Below are positions 1 to 9,368 of a DNA stretch of 58,369 nucleotides, piece by piece (within the stretch, counting starts at the first letter, position 1; every line of letters starts with the position of its first letter). The notes beneath the pieces are model-generated. The model had not been told where the DNA came from. It saw nothing but the letters and a program-made list of their open reading frames with translations, and did not search any database. This DNA is from Chitinophagaceae bacterium (GTDB lineage: Bacteria > Bacteroidota > Bacteroidia > UKL13-3). Made by a program: the position numbers and the translations under genes. Where the stretch lies: NCBI GenBank assembly GCA_043750035.1, contig JAYVCI010000246.1, forward strand, positions 1 through 58,369. The letters are read 5' to 3'.

Positions 1-197
1 GTCCATTTTTTTTGAAATGATGTCTTGTATTTTTTGCATGCACAAATATACAAAATGTTTTCATATATGTCGCCTATGTTAAGAAATAGTTAGTAATAAT
101 GCCAGAAAGACTTTTAACCAATGGTGCTATTTTTTCTTTGTGTTGTTTGCTATTGGTTATTTGCTTAAGTTTTAAAGTTGGTTTTGTTTTCATATTT

Positions 198-554
198 CTA
201 ATAGGCTTGAATTAATACTTCTGTTGGAATTTTTAAACTATCATGAAGTAGTCGAATCATCTCCAAACTTAATTTCCTTTTCTTATTTAATATTTCGCTA
301 GCCCGACTTTTAAGTCCGACAACACGTGCCAAATCAGTTTGGTTATATCCCATTTGTTCCATCCTAAATTTAATAGCTTCAATTGGGTCGGGAAAGCCAA
401 TGGGGAAATGTTCGTCTTCGTATTTCTCGATTAAAATTCCCAATATTTCAAGTTCATCACCTTGCGGCGTACCTTTTTTAGCATCAAAAATATATTCAAG
501 CCTTTCTATAGCTTTTTGATGATCTTTTTTGTTTTTAATTGGTTTTATGGTCAT
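198..554 (-). CDS. higA: HigA-family type II antitoxin / XRE-type helix-turn-helix regulator
   Basis: 118-aa ORF. An N-terminal helical region is followed by a C-terminal XRE HTH (YNQTDLARVVGLKSRASEILNKKRKLSLEMIRLL). This is the architecture of HigA antitoxins that pair with an upstream HigB toxin. Confidence 0.7.
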   Translation of the reverse strand: MTIKPIKNKKDHQKAIERLEYIFDAKKGTPQGDELEILGILIEKYEDEHFPIGFPDPIEAIKFRMEQMGYNQTDLARVVGLKSRASEILNKKRKLSLEMIRLLHDSLKIPTEVLIQAY

Positions 555-593
555 GATGTTTAAATTTTTTTAGCGTCAATTATTTGAATCATG

Positions 594-623
594 GACCATT
601 TTGTTGATGTCAGTAAAATGGTC
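594..623. promoter_or_regulatory. Perfect 9-bp inverted repeat GACCATTTT-N12-AAAATGGTC upstream of higA (possible operator)
   Basis: Read directly from the sequence, 40-70 nt upstream of the higA ATG (554). Antitoxins commonly autoregulate through such palindromes. Confidence 0.35.
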
Positions 624-900
624 TAATTTTTATTTTTATTATAGCATTTTCCTAAGCTCGCTCACCTTTGCCGAAGCCTTAAGTTTTTTAGACTTATAAT
701 CCTTTTGGGCTTGCAAAGCATTTAGTAATATTTCGTTTCTGCGTGCTTCTATTTTTAAATTCATAATGATGCAAAGCTAAAACTAATTTTGATGATTTCA
801 ATATGCAGGAAATATCAACAACAGCAGAACTCAGTTTCTCTTCCACTTATTAATAAATCAGCGAGGTTGCGTGGAATGTGTATAAAATTGATACTAGATA

Positions 901-3900
901 TCAATTATTTTTCGATATTTTTTTCCTACAAACATAATTACTTGTATATACTTCTGCTATATAAATACCAGCAGCATATTGTCTTAAATCTAATATTATA
1001 CTTTCCGTATTTTTGGATTCATATAATATTTCCATTCTTTCGCCATTCATCCCATATATAACAATTTTGTCGATTTTGTCTTTTGAAATAATGTCCATAT
1101 AGTCCGATGTAGGATTTGGGTAAAAACTAATTGCATTTATATCAGTTTCTAAAATTTCAATTGCATCCGATGATATAAATATTGCAGGGCTTGTACTGCT
1201 GCATCCTACGGAATTTAAAACTTGCACGCTATAGTTACCTTTTTTAATCGCTTTATAAGTTTGTGAAGTGGCGTTAATTATATTGTTACTGTCAAGCTTC
1301 CATTGATAACTTAAAAATGGCTGAGTGCTAAGATCGAAATTTGTTTGAACAATAATGGGGGAAGGAAGTGGATTTATCATGAGGTGCAGAGTTATAATAC
1401 TATCGCAACCATTTTTACACAATAGTGAATCAACATATATTCCACTTTGATTTATCTTTTTGCTATTAAAAAAATAACTGCCACAGGATGTATCATATAA
1501 ACTTATCGAATTACCATGTATAATTTTTAGATTAAGTATAACTATACTATCACAACCGTATGTACTTATAAATGAATCAATATAAGTCCCACTTTTATAT
1601 ATAGTTTTATTGTTTAAAAAATAACTTTCGCAGGATGTTTGAGACAGATTTATCGAATAACTCTTAAAAATATTGAGTGTAAGTTTAATTAAGCTGTCAC
1701 AGCCCTGTGTGTTTAGCAGCGAATCAACATATACACCACTTTTATAGATGGTTTGATTATTAAAAAAATAACTATCGCAAGCAGCGGCATATATATTTGT
1801 AGTATATCTATTATAATAGTTAAGTGTGAGTTTAATAATACTGTCACACTGCTCTGAATTTCTTAATGTATCATAGTATGTACCGGCACTATTATAAATT
1901 TTCCCATTGAATGAGTAGGTGCTGTTCTGGCAAAAGCTGTCAGAAAAATTGAAATAACTTCGATTACAATCTTTAGTCCTAAATTTTACAAGATAGGCAT
2001 CATAATCACCACCTATTTTGTCCTGAAATCCATAATAAGCTATATTTGATTTTGATGTTGTGCCACCACACATATACAAACTACCAGAAGATTTCTGGAA
2101 ACAAAGATAATTCGCACCCTCTTTATTATCTCCTCCAAAGTATGATGCCCATAACCGTGTTCCGCTAGATGACATTTTTGCTATAAAGCCATCATCAATA
2201 CCCCCACCATATGTATTTTGGAAACCGTTGTATGAGATATTGGATGCTGAAGTAGTGAAACCACATAAATACAAATTTCCAGAGTCATCAGGCACAAAAG
2301 AACCAATACCATCATCCGCACTTCCTCCAAAATACGTAGCCCATTGTCTTGATCCAGAAGAGGTAAACTTAACTAGAAAACCATCATAGCTTCCTCCGCC
2401 ATGTTTATTTTGATGACCATTGTATGAAATTTTAGCAGTAGATGAAGTAAAACCTCCCATGTATACATCAAAGAATTTGTCAACTGTACAATAAAATGCC
2501 CGATCATCGTTTGCACCGCCATAATAAGTCCCCCACTTAAGATTTCCATTGCTGTCAAATTTAGTTAAAAATGCATCAGCAACGCCCCCGCCAAAAGTAT
2601 CTTGAAATCCTCCTTTGGAAATGTATGTTGTGGAATTTGTCCCTCCTACTATATAAATATTATTGGAGTCGTCAACAGTACAGCTTGAAAAACCATCAGA
2701 GCCCCCACCACCATAATATGAAGCCCAAATTCTAGATCCTGAACTGTTAAATTTTACAACAAACGGTTCACTGCAAGCACCGTAAATTTTATTTTTGTAA
2801 CCATTGTAAGCAATACCAGAATCTGAAGTAGTAGAACCAACTATATATATATTACCTGACTTATCTATAGAGCAGGCATCTCCGTAGTCATAACTATGTC
2901 CTCCATAATAGGTGGCCCACAACCTTTTTCCATTAGTATTAAACTTTACAAAATAAGCATCACTCAATCCAGAAAGTGTATTTTGAAATCCATTATAAGT
3001 AATTTTAGATGTTGATTCGGTAGAACCACCCATAAATATATTGTTATATTTATCTACTATGCAAAAAGTGCCATCATCATCTTCTGATCCACCATAATAG
3101 GTAGCCCATTGACGCACACCATATTTATTAAATTTTACTAGGTATGCATCATAATTACCACTTAAAGTTTTTTGATAACCACCTGATGCAATGTTAGATG
3201 ATGAAGTTGTATGCCCTGACATGAATACATTGTCTGAATCATCCACTGCTGTACACCATCCACCATCAAAAAGACTACCTCCATAATAAGTAGACCATAC
3301 AATGGCTGGATCTATTTTTATAGTCTTCGTTTTTTCATATTCAGCTATATCGAATGTTATGATATTGGCATCAACTTCAAATTTAGTATCTATAATATTG
3401 TTTTCTTGAAAGCTTATAGGTTTTTGCTCACTAATAGTTCCCATTTTATTAATAAGACTCAAACTCCCGTCAGTATTAAGCTTTAGGTCTTCAACATATT
3501 TTGTCTTTATTTTTATATCTTTAGGGTTTCCACCTGGTTTTACCACAAAATCATATTTGAGGTTGTTGGCTGATTTGTAAATCACCCAATCTATATTTGG
3601 ATATATATTGTGGTAAATAATGGTATTATAACTATATACATCCATTGCATCGTGATTGTAGTAATTAATATAGTCTAAGCTTTTTCCTTCTGCTGTAATT
3701 AGTGCCTCTCTACTTGTTCCCAATAACTCAATATCCATGCGGTACGTTTCTGTTTTGGCAGTCTTTTTCAACGAATCCATCTTCTTTCTTTCAGACAGAT
3801 CTGAAAATTTATTAGGAGGTTTATATCCCTCTGGCATTATTGTTTTACTGAACTGATATGCAAGTCCATTTGGCAATAAAAACACTGACAATCCTCCCTC

Positions 3901-4074
3901 TTTATAGACAAAAGAAACTTTTTCTGCATCTACACCAGTTACTTGTCCTTTGTTTTCTTCAAACAAGGAGATGCTGCTTTTAGCATTAAATGTATCATTT
4001 AGTGGTTTAACTTGTGAGCCCCTAACAGTAATAACAAGGCTTAAGATACAAAAAATAAAGATCAGTTTCCTCAT
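901..4074 (-). CDS. Large secreted beta-propeller-repeat (SBBP-like) protein with Cys-rich tandem modules and a T9SS C-terminal sorting domain
   Basis: 1057 aa with signal peptide MRKLIFIFCILSLVITVRG. About nine repeats follow the pattern W(A/G)(T/S)Y(Y/F)GG..DD....C.VD..(N/G)N(I/V)(Y/F).(G/V)G.T.S..I...G(F/Y)Q. Four ~46-aa Cys modules follow. The C-terminus FYPNPTSDYMDI...GIYIAEVY is typical of a Por/T9SS CTD. Confidence 0.8.
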   Translation of the reverse strand: MRKLIFIFCILSLVITVRGSQVKPLNDTFNAKSSISLFEENKGQVTGVDAEKVSFVYKEGGLSVFLLPNGLAYQFSKTIMPEGYKPPNKFSDLSERKKMDSLKKTAKTETYRMDIELLGTSREALITAEGKSLDYINYYNHDAMDVYSYNTIIYHNIYPNIDWVIYKSANNLKYDFVVKPGGNPKDIKIKTKYVEDLKLNTDGSLSLINKMGTISEQKPISFQENNIIDTKFEVDANIITFDIAEYEKTKTIKIDPAIVWSTYYGGSLFDGGWCTAVDDSDNVFMSGHTTSSSNIASGGYQKTLSGNYDAYLVKFNKYGVRQWATYYGGSEDDDGTFCIVDKYNNIFMGGSTESTSKITYNGFQNTLSGLSDAYFVKFNTNGKRLWATYYGGHSYDYGDACSIDKSGNIYIVGSTTSDSGIAYNGYKNKIYGACSEPFVVKFNSSGSRIWASYYGGGGSDGFSSCTVDDSNNIYIVGGTNSTTYISKGGFQDTFGGGVADAFLTKFDSNGNLKWGTYYGGANDDRAFYCTVDKFFDVYMGGFTSSTAKISYNGHQNKHGGGSYDGFLVKFTSSGSRQWATYFGGSADDGIGSFVPDDSGNLYLCGFTTSASNISYNGFQNTYGGGIDDGFIAKMSSSGTRLWASYFGGDNKEGANYLCFQKSSGSLYMCGGTTSKSNIAYYGFQDKIGGDYDAYLVKFRTKDCNRSYFNFSDSFCQNSTYSFNGKIYNSAGTYYDTLRNSEQCDSIIKLTLNYYNRYTTNIYAAACDSYFFNNQTIYKSGVYVDSLLNTQGCDSLIKLTLNIFKSYSINLSQTSCESYFLNNKTIYKSGTYIDSFISTYGCDSIVILNLKIIHGNSISLYDTSCGSYFFNSKKINQSGIYVDSLLCKNGCDSIITLHLMINPLPSPIIVQTNFDLSTQPFLSYQWKLDSNNIINATSQTYKAIKKGNYSVQVLNSVGCSSTSPAIFISSDAIEILETDINAISFYPNPTSDYMDIISKDKIDKIVIYGMNGERMEILYESKNTESIILDLRQYAAGIYIAEVYTSNYVCRKKISKNN
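1357..1971 (-). repeat. Four tandem ~46-codon Cys-rich modules inside the 1057-aa CDS
   Basis: Residues ~702-906 repeat the pattern C.SYF(F/L)N...I(Y/N)(K/Q)SG.Y.DS....(Q/Y/N)GCDS(I/L)(I/V).L.L. Confidence 0.75.
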
Positions 4075-4241
4075 GTAAATTTTCTAATATTGTTTTTGTG
4101 ATTTCAATTTAAATTTGGAACAAAAATAAAGGATTTTGGCTCCATATTTAATAAAAAATGTTTCTCTCTCGATTCTCTCGATTATCTGTACTATGTTTTT
4201 TACTAACTAAAATTAATTTTGTATATGAAAATATAGCTAGG

Positions 4242-4769
4242 TTATAACCCCTCAACCCCATCCACCACCTCAAACAACCCCAAGTTATCCCTATGCAAAA
4301 AACCATGCTCCACCATATGTTTCACCATCTCCAATAATGGATCATAAAACCCATCCACATTCATTATATATATAGGTTTTTCATGTCGGCCAAGTTGTTT
4401 CCAGGTGAGGATTTCGAAGAACTCGTCGAGGGTGCCGATGCCGCCGGGGAGTATAATAAATGCATCGGACAAATCAAACATTTTGATTTTTCGTTGGTGC
4501 ATATCGTCCACCACTATTAAATTATTCAATGTATGGTGACCCACCTCACGTTCAATTAAAAATGTGGGACATACACCTGTAACGTGCCCACCCGCTGCCA
4601 TACAGGCATCGGCCACAATGCCCATCAGGCCTATGTTTCCGCCACCATATATCATATTGATATTATTTTCTCCCAGCCATGTGCCCAGTTGTTTTGCGGT
4701 TTCAGCATAAATGGGTTTGGTGCCAGGGGAGGAACCGCAGTATATTGTTATGGATTTAATATTTTTCAT
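4242..4769 (-). CDS. LOG family protein (TIGR00730; cytokinin riboside 5'-monophosphate phosphoribohydrolase-like)
   Basis: 175 aa with the PGGxGTxxE signature (LPGGIGTLDEFFE) and the GGGNIGLMG nucleotide-binding loop. Confidence 0.85.
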   Translation of the reverse strand: MKNIKSITIYCGSSPGTKPIYAETAKQLGTWLGENNINMIYGGGNIGLMGIVADACMAAGGHVTGVCPTFLIEREVGHHTLNNLIVVDDMHQRKIKMFDLSDAFIILPGGIGTLDEFFEILTWKQLGRHEKPIYIMNVDGFYDPLLEMVKHMVEHGFLHRDNLGLFEVVDGVEGL

Positions 4770-4787
4770 TTTTGCGTATGTGATTTT

Positions 4788-4905
4788 GGTATCAAGTAGC
4801 TAGTATCAAGTATCAGGTAGGTACCCAATTCGCTAGGCGAATTGGGGAATTGTAGGCGAAAGCCGGTAGCAAGTACTTGATACCTGATACTAGCTACTTG
4901 ATACC
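4788..4905. repeat. Inverted pair of 7-nt-periodic arrays (GGTATCA AGTAGCT AGTATCA AGTATCA GGTAGGT ... GGTAGCA AGTACTT GATACCT GATACTA GCTACTT GATACC) enclosing a 10-bp GC-rich hairpin
   Basis: Read directly from the sequence. The inner hairpin is CCCAATTCGC-TAG-GCGAATTGGG at 4824..4846. The right arm overlaps the stop codon and last codons of trhO (4894). Confidence 0.85.
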
Positions 4906-5835
4906 GTTTTCCAATTCTTCTATGGGCTGCCTCACATAATATCCCGTTCCATTATAGGGCCGTTTGCGGGGATGTTCCATGCAGGTGGGGGAACAGGCTC
5001 CTTCCAATTTTTCGCCACAGTCTTCGCAGATGGGCAGGTGTTCGTTGCATTCCACATTGGCACAGTTCACCATGCGTAAGGTAGGCGTGTTGCAAATATG
5101 ACAATTGGATATAATAGTTGGATTTACCTCGTTTATTGGGACTGTAATACGTGCATCAAACACATAACATACGCCATCAAAATCTTTTCCGCCCGTTTCT
5201 TTTGCATATTTTATTATACCACCATGCAATTGATACACATCTTCAAACCCATGCTCCAGTAGCAGTGCAGAAGCTTTTTCGCATTTGATGCCGCCCGTGC
5301 AATAGGTAATTATTTTCTTATCTTTTAGACTTTCGAGTTCTTTTATTTTTTCAGGAAATTCACGAAAATTTTCCATATCAAGCGTGATGGAATTTTTGAA
5401 TTTGCCCACGCCGTGCTCATAGTTAGAACGTACATCCAGCACTACCACATCTTCGTGCTCTTTCATTTCCAAAAAGGTATTGCCATCAATATGCACCCCT
5501 GTTTTTTTGCGTGGATTGATAATCTTAGGGTCACGCAAGCCGCTGTGGACGATTTCTGATTTATAACGCACATGCAGGCGGTTGAAGGCATGGGCATCGC
5601 TTTCGTCAATTTTAAAATCTATTCCTTCAAACCTTTTGTCAGATTTTACATGGTCCATATACTGCTGGCACTGTTCGGGCGAACCACTGATAGAACCGTT
5701 CAAACCCTCGTCGGCAATGATGATGCGGCCACGTACACCCAGAGATTTGCAATACTTCAAATGCTCTTCGGCATACTTTTCTCCATCCTCGATGGGCGTA
5801 TAAAAATAGTATAAAAGAATATTATAGGGTGCCAT
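4894..5835 (-). CDS. trhO: Rhodanese-domain tRNA uridine(34) hydroxylase (UPF0176/YceA family)
   Basis: 313 aa with the N-terminal UPF0176 fold (YNILLYYFYTPIED), the rhodanese active-site loop CTGGIKCEKA and a C-terminal Cys-rich tail. Confidence 0.85.
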   Translation of the reverse strand: MAPYNILLYYFYTPIEDGEKYAEEHLKYCKSLGVRGRIIIADEGLNGSISGSPEQCQQYMDHVKSDKRFEGIDFKIDESDAHAFNRLHVRYKSEIVHSGLRDPKIINPRKKTGVHIDGNTFLEMKEHEDVVVLDVRSNYEHGVGKFKNSITLDMENFREFPEKIKELESLKDKKIITYCTGGIKCEKASALLLEHGFEDVYQLHGGIIKYAKETGGKDFDGVCYVFDARITVPINEVNPTIISNCHICNTPTLRMVNCANVECNEHLPICEDCGEKLEGACSPTCMEHPRKRPYNGTGYYVRQPIEELENGIK

Positions 5836-5904
5836 GTGTTATGTTTGCAAAATTAAAGGTTAAATTTGTGAAATAAAAAATTAGATTGGCTTAAATGATT
5901 CCGT

Positions 5905-7041
5905 ATGTTAGTTAACGCACTAAGAAAGAAAAAATGCCTTCCTATACTGATGCTTTGTTGGATGAGCATTAATGTGTGGTCAAATGCGTATTGCCAACAA
6001 ATTATAGAGGATGATTACATGGGTGATTTATATCAAGAAAGCTTTAAAGGTAAAGTAAAGGAAGCCGTTAGAGAAGAGTACAACACTAGTAGGTTGTTTA
6101 GGGAAAGATTAGTAGAAAAGCGAAAATACAAGTTTGACAGTGCGGGTCGATTGGTATATTATGAATTGAAATTTCCAGCTCAGCGAAATTCAAGCCTATC
6201 GATTTCCCGTATTGAATTTTATTATAATTATTTCGGGAAATTAGCTAAAGAAATTGGCTATAGTGATAAAGGGATATTAAATACTTCCGATACTTTCATT
6301 TATGATGAGAAACTAAGATTGATTGAAAAGCAATGCTATGGTAAGGATAGTATCTGTTATGAAAAAAATATCTATTTATATGATAGTATTGGGAATTTAG
6401 TAAAAGACCTTTGGTATGCTTATGATTATACACTTGAAAAGTACGAATTAACTTCTACTATAAGTTATATATATAATAAAAATAATAAGGTAATAGAATA
6501 TTTGGGGGAGCGTACAGGTGAATTAAAATCAAAATATAAAACAACAATTTTGTATGATGTAAATGATAGCATAATCGAGGAAAATACAGAGCAATCTAGC
6601 CTTGGAAATTTTAATAAAACTATTAAAGAATACAGTTATAATACAAAGTCTAAGCACAAAGTTTCTCAAACAACATATTATAGTCTTAATGGACTTATCA
6701 CTAATTATCAGAGAACTGAAACAGATAGTCTAGATAGAATATGCGAGGATAGTTTATTTTTTTATAAAAATTATGGAGCCAATTCAGATTATTTATATAG
6801 GTATAATGAATATAGCAAGGAGGGAATTATAACTAAATCGATTGCTCGAGGTTCAAATATTAAAAGAGGTTATGTAGTAGGAGAAATTTATTACAATAAA
6901 GACCATTATCCCATTAAGGTAGTGTGGCGAGATTCTGACTCAAAAATTGTGTACACGGCATATTTCGAATATGATAAATATGGAAACTGCATAAGAAGTA
7001 GTCACCCACTATATAAACGCAGCATCACTTACTATGAATAA
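5905..7041 (+). CDS. Hypothetical secreted repeat protein
   Basis: 378 aa with an N-terminal signal-like segment and degenerate YD-like repeats (FDSAGRLVYY, YDSIGNLV, YDKYGNCI). I recognise no family. Confidence 0.5.
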   Translation: MLVNALRKKKCLPILMLCWMSINVWSNAYCQQIIEDDYMGDLYQESFKGKVKEAVREEYNTSRLFRERLVEKRKYKFDSAGRLVYYELKFPAQRNSSLSISRIEFYYNYFGKLAKEIGYSDKGILNTSDTFIYDEKLRLIEKQCYGKDSICYEKNIYLYDSIGNLVKDLWYAYDYTLEKYELTSTISYIYNKNNKVIEYLGERTGELKSKYKTTILYDVNDSIIEENTEQSSLGNFNKTIKEYSYNTKSKHKVSQTTYYSLNGLITNYQRTETDSLDRICEDSLFFYKNYGANSDYLYRYNEYSKEGIITKSIARGSNIKRGYVVGEIYYNKDHYPIKVVWRDSDSKIVYTAYFEYDKYGNCIRSSHPLYKRSITYYE

Positions 7042-8377
7042 TCCACCACAATTCCCCGATTCTTTCATCAAACATCTCCAAACTATTCCGGGTGTTGAGC
7101 CCCACGAATTGTTTGAGGCTCTGCATAGCGTCCCGCCCACGAGTATAAGGCTTAACCCAAATAAACCCACGCAAAAATATGTACACGAAAAACCTGTAAC
7201 ATGGAGCCAACATGGATATTATTTAGCTGACCGTCCCGTGTTCACACTCGACCCTTTGCACCATGCGGGGGCATATTACGTGCAAGAAGCGGGCAGCATG
7301 TTTGTGGGAACAATCATCAAAGAATTACTAAAAACAACAAAAATAAAAACGGTCCTCGATTTGTGTGCGGCACCCGGAGGTAAAACAACCGATATGGCCT
7401 CGGTACTCGATAAAGATACCTTTATATTAGCGAACGAACCCATAAAAAACCGCACCAGTATATTATATGAAAATGTGGTGAAATGGGGCAATGACAATGT
7501 ATATATTTCGCAAAATGATCCGAAGAATTTTAATACCATCAAAGGTTTTTTCGATTTGGTACTAGCCGATGTTCCTTGCAGTGGTTCGGGCATGTTTCGT
7601 AAGGATCCGCAAAGCATTGAACATTGGTCGCTTGATAGTGTGGTGCATTGTAGCCTGAGGCAGCAAAGAATAATTGACGATGTGTGGCCTGCATTAAAAG
7701 CTGGTGGATATATGATATATGCTACTTGTAGTTATAGTATGGAAGAGGATGAACAAATAGTTGAAAATATATGCAAAAATCTGGGAGCAGAAATTGTAAA
7801 TATTCCTTTACCAGATTCAAATATATATAATAGTGGAAATGGTTATCGTTTTTATCCAAATAAATTAGATTCAGAAGGATTCTTTATTGCAGTTTTGAAG
7901 AAAACAGAAGAGTTGGTGGGTGATAGTAAAGTGCCCTACTACAATGCCAAAGCAGGTTTGCCCATGATTACCAAAGGTGATAGAGCAGCTTTAGATAATT
8001 ATATAATATTGCCCAAAGAAAATTTGTTCAATATGAAACACGATTTGTATTATATAAAACATCCTGCCGAATTGCAATTTTTAAGTCCGCATTTGAATAT
8101 ATATAAACGTGGCGTAAAACTTGGAAAAATCATCAGAAAAGAATTAATTGCTGACCATGAATTTTGTATGCTGCATAGTCACAATATACAATTTAATAAA
8201 ATAGAAATAGATAAAGAAACTGCCCTAGAATTTCTCCGCAAAAACCCTGTACACACTGATGGAGCCATAGGCTGGGCAATGCTTTGTTACGAAGGTTTGC
8301 CCTTAGGCTTGATAAAGAATATGGAAAATAGAAGCAATAATTATTATCCCACGGAATGGCGTATAAGGAATCTTTAA
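7034..8377 (+). CDS. SAM-dependent rRNA cytosine-C5 methyltransferase (NOL1/NOP2/Sun family, RsmF/RsmB-like)
   Basis: 447 aa with the SAM motif DLCAAPGGKT and the catalytic motif DVPCSGSGMFRKDP. A C-terminal extension resembles that of RsmF. The start overlaps the upstream gene by 8 nt. Confidence 0.8.
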   Translation: MNNPPQFPDSFIKHLQTIPGVEPHELFEALHSVPPTSIRLNPNKPTQKYVHEKPVTWSQHGYYLADRPVFTLDPLHHAGAYYVQEAGSMFVGTIIKELLKTTKIKTVLDLCAAPGGKTTDMASVLDKDTFILANEPIKNRTSILYENVVKWGNDNVYISQNDPKNFNTIKGFFDLVLADVPCSGSGMFRKDPQSIEHWSLDSVVHCSLRQQRIIDDVWPALKAGGYMIYATCSYSMEEDEQIVENICKNLGAEIVNIPLPDSNIYNSGNGYRFYPNKLDSEGFFIAVLKKTEELVGDSKVPYYNAKAGLPMITKGDRAALDNYIILPKENLFNMKHDLYYIKHPAELQFLSPHLNIYKRGVKLGKIIRKELIADHEFCMLHSHNIQFNKIEIDKETALEFLRKNPVHTDGAIGWAMLCYEGLPLGLIKNMENRSNNYYPTEWRIRNL

Positions 8378-8379
8378 TT

Positions 8380-8435
8380 TACGATGTACGACATACGATA
8401 TACGATGTACGACATACGATGTATGATTTACGATA
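8380..8435. repeat. Eight tandem heptamers: TACGATG TACGACA TACGATA TACGATG TACGACA TACGATG TATGATT TACGATA
   Basis: Read directly from the sequence. The array begins 3 nt after the rsmF-like stop codon. Confidence 0.9.
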
Positions 8436-8533
8436 ATATTTGGTGTTTCAAATTATATTATAATATATTACAATCAAAAATAAAGTTAAGATATATAATA
8501 ATGTTATTAGCGTAATAAATCTTGCTTTGGCTA

Positions 8534-8596
8534 TATCGTATGTCGTAAATATATTCGCGTTAGCCACATCGTAAATCGTACATCGTACATCGTAAA
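8534..8596. repeat. Complementary heptamer array (TATCGTA TGTCGTA ... TCGTAAA TCGTACA TCGTACA TCGTAAA)
   Basis: Read directly from the sequence. It is the inverted partner of 8380..8435 across a ~98-nt AT-rich spacer, and it ends 3 nt before the upp stop codon (8600). Confidence 0.9.
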
Positions 8597-8599
8597 TAA

Positions 8600-9244
8600 T
8601 TATAGCTTTTCCCCAAACGATAAATCCCCCGCATCACCCAATCCTGGAATTATATAGGAATCTTCGTTCAAACTGTCATCTACCGCGGCTATCCATAAAG
8701 TGGCATCAGGTAAATTACTTTCCACATATTTTATACCTTCGGGACTTGCAATTACACAGGCTAAGTGTACTTGAGCAGGCATGCCGTGCTCTAATAAAGA
8801 ATTACATCCTTCTACCAATGATTTTCCTGAGGCCAACATGGGATCACATATAATTAAAGTTTTACCAGTAAGTGAGGGACATGCCACATAGTCTAAATTA
8901 ATATCGAACGAATGGTCTTCTCTATGCTTGCCTCGTGCAGCACCAATAAATGCAGCTTCGGCATTGTCGAACACTTTTAAGAAACCTTGCATAAAGGGCA
9001 TTCCTGCCCGCAAAATGGTAGCTACTACAACATCGTTAGTAGGTATAAAAACTACAGCATCAGCAAGTGGCGTTATGATATATTTTTTTTCGTAATGAAA
9101 TTTTTTTGATATTTCATAGGCCATCAACATACCCAACCTTTCAATATTTGTTCTAAAACGCATACGGTCGTTTTGCACTGTTTTATCACGCAGTTGAGCT
9201 AAGTAAACATTGGCAATGGAGTTTTCGGTGTTGAGTATATGCAT
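8600..9244 (-). CDS. upp: Uracil phosphoribosyltransferase
   Basis: 214 aa with the PRPP-binding loop LIICDPMLASGKS and the C-terminal IIPGLGDAGD motif. Confidence 0.9.
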   Translation of the reverse strand: MHILNTENSIANVYLAQLRDKTVQNDRMRFRTNIERLGMLMAYEISKKFHYEKKYIITPLADAVVFIPTNDVVVATILRAGMPFMQGFLKVFDNAEAAFIGAARGKHREDHSFDINLDYVACPSLTGKTLIICDPMLASGKSLVEGCNSLLEHGMPAQVHLACVIASPEGIKYVESNLPDATLWIAAVDDSLNEDSYIIPGLGDAGDLSFGEKL

Positions 9245-9257
9245 GGTGTTGTAGGGG

Positions 9258-9332
9258 TAAGGAGTAAGGGATAAGGAGTAAGGAAGCTGACGCCGTATGG
9301 CACTTAATCCTTACTCCTTATCCCTTTAATCC
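9258..9332. repeat. Heptamer-array hairpin (TAAGGAG TAAGGGA TAAGGAG TAAGGAA / TTAATCC TTACTCC TTATCCC)
   Basis: A 17-bp perfect stem pairs 9268..9284 with 9308..9324. The loop contains the GC-rich word CGCCGTATGG (9291..9300). Confidence 0.85.
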
Positions 9333-9368
9333 TAAGTATTGGCTACTGTTCTGCAAATGTATGCAAAT

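Noticed and set aside
639-764. 41-aa lysine-rich minus-strand ORF (MNLKIEARRNEILLNALQAQKDYKSKKLKASAKVSELRKML), considered as a toxin partner of HigA.
   Set aside because: It is too short and bears no resemblance to HigB/RelE-type toxins. It is separated from higA by 84 nt that contain a stop-interrupted frame. I kept it only as a note within the HigA finding.
4166-4183. Tandem 9-mer CTCTCGATT x2 in the gap between the large T9SS protein gene and the LOG gene.
   Set aside because: There are only two copies and the period differs from that of the heptamer family. This is too little to interpret.
8380-8596. Possible CRISPR array, considered because of the regular short repeats.
   Set aside because: The period is 7 nt with no spacers, the two arrays are mutually complementary, and there are no cas genes in the window.
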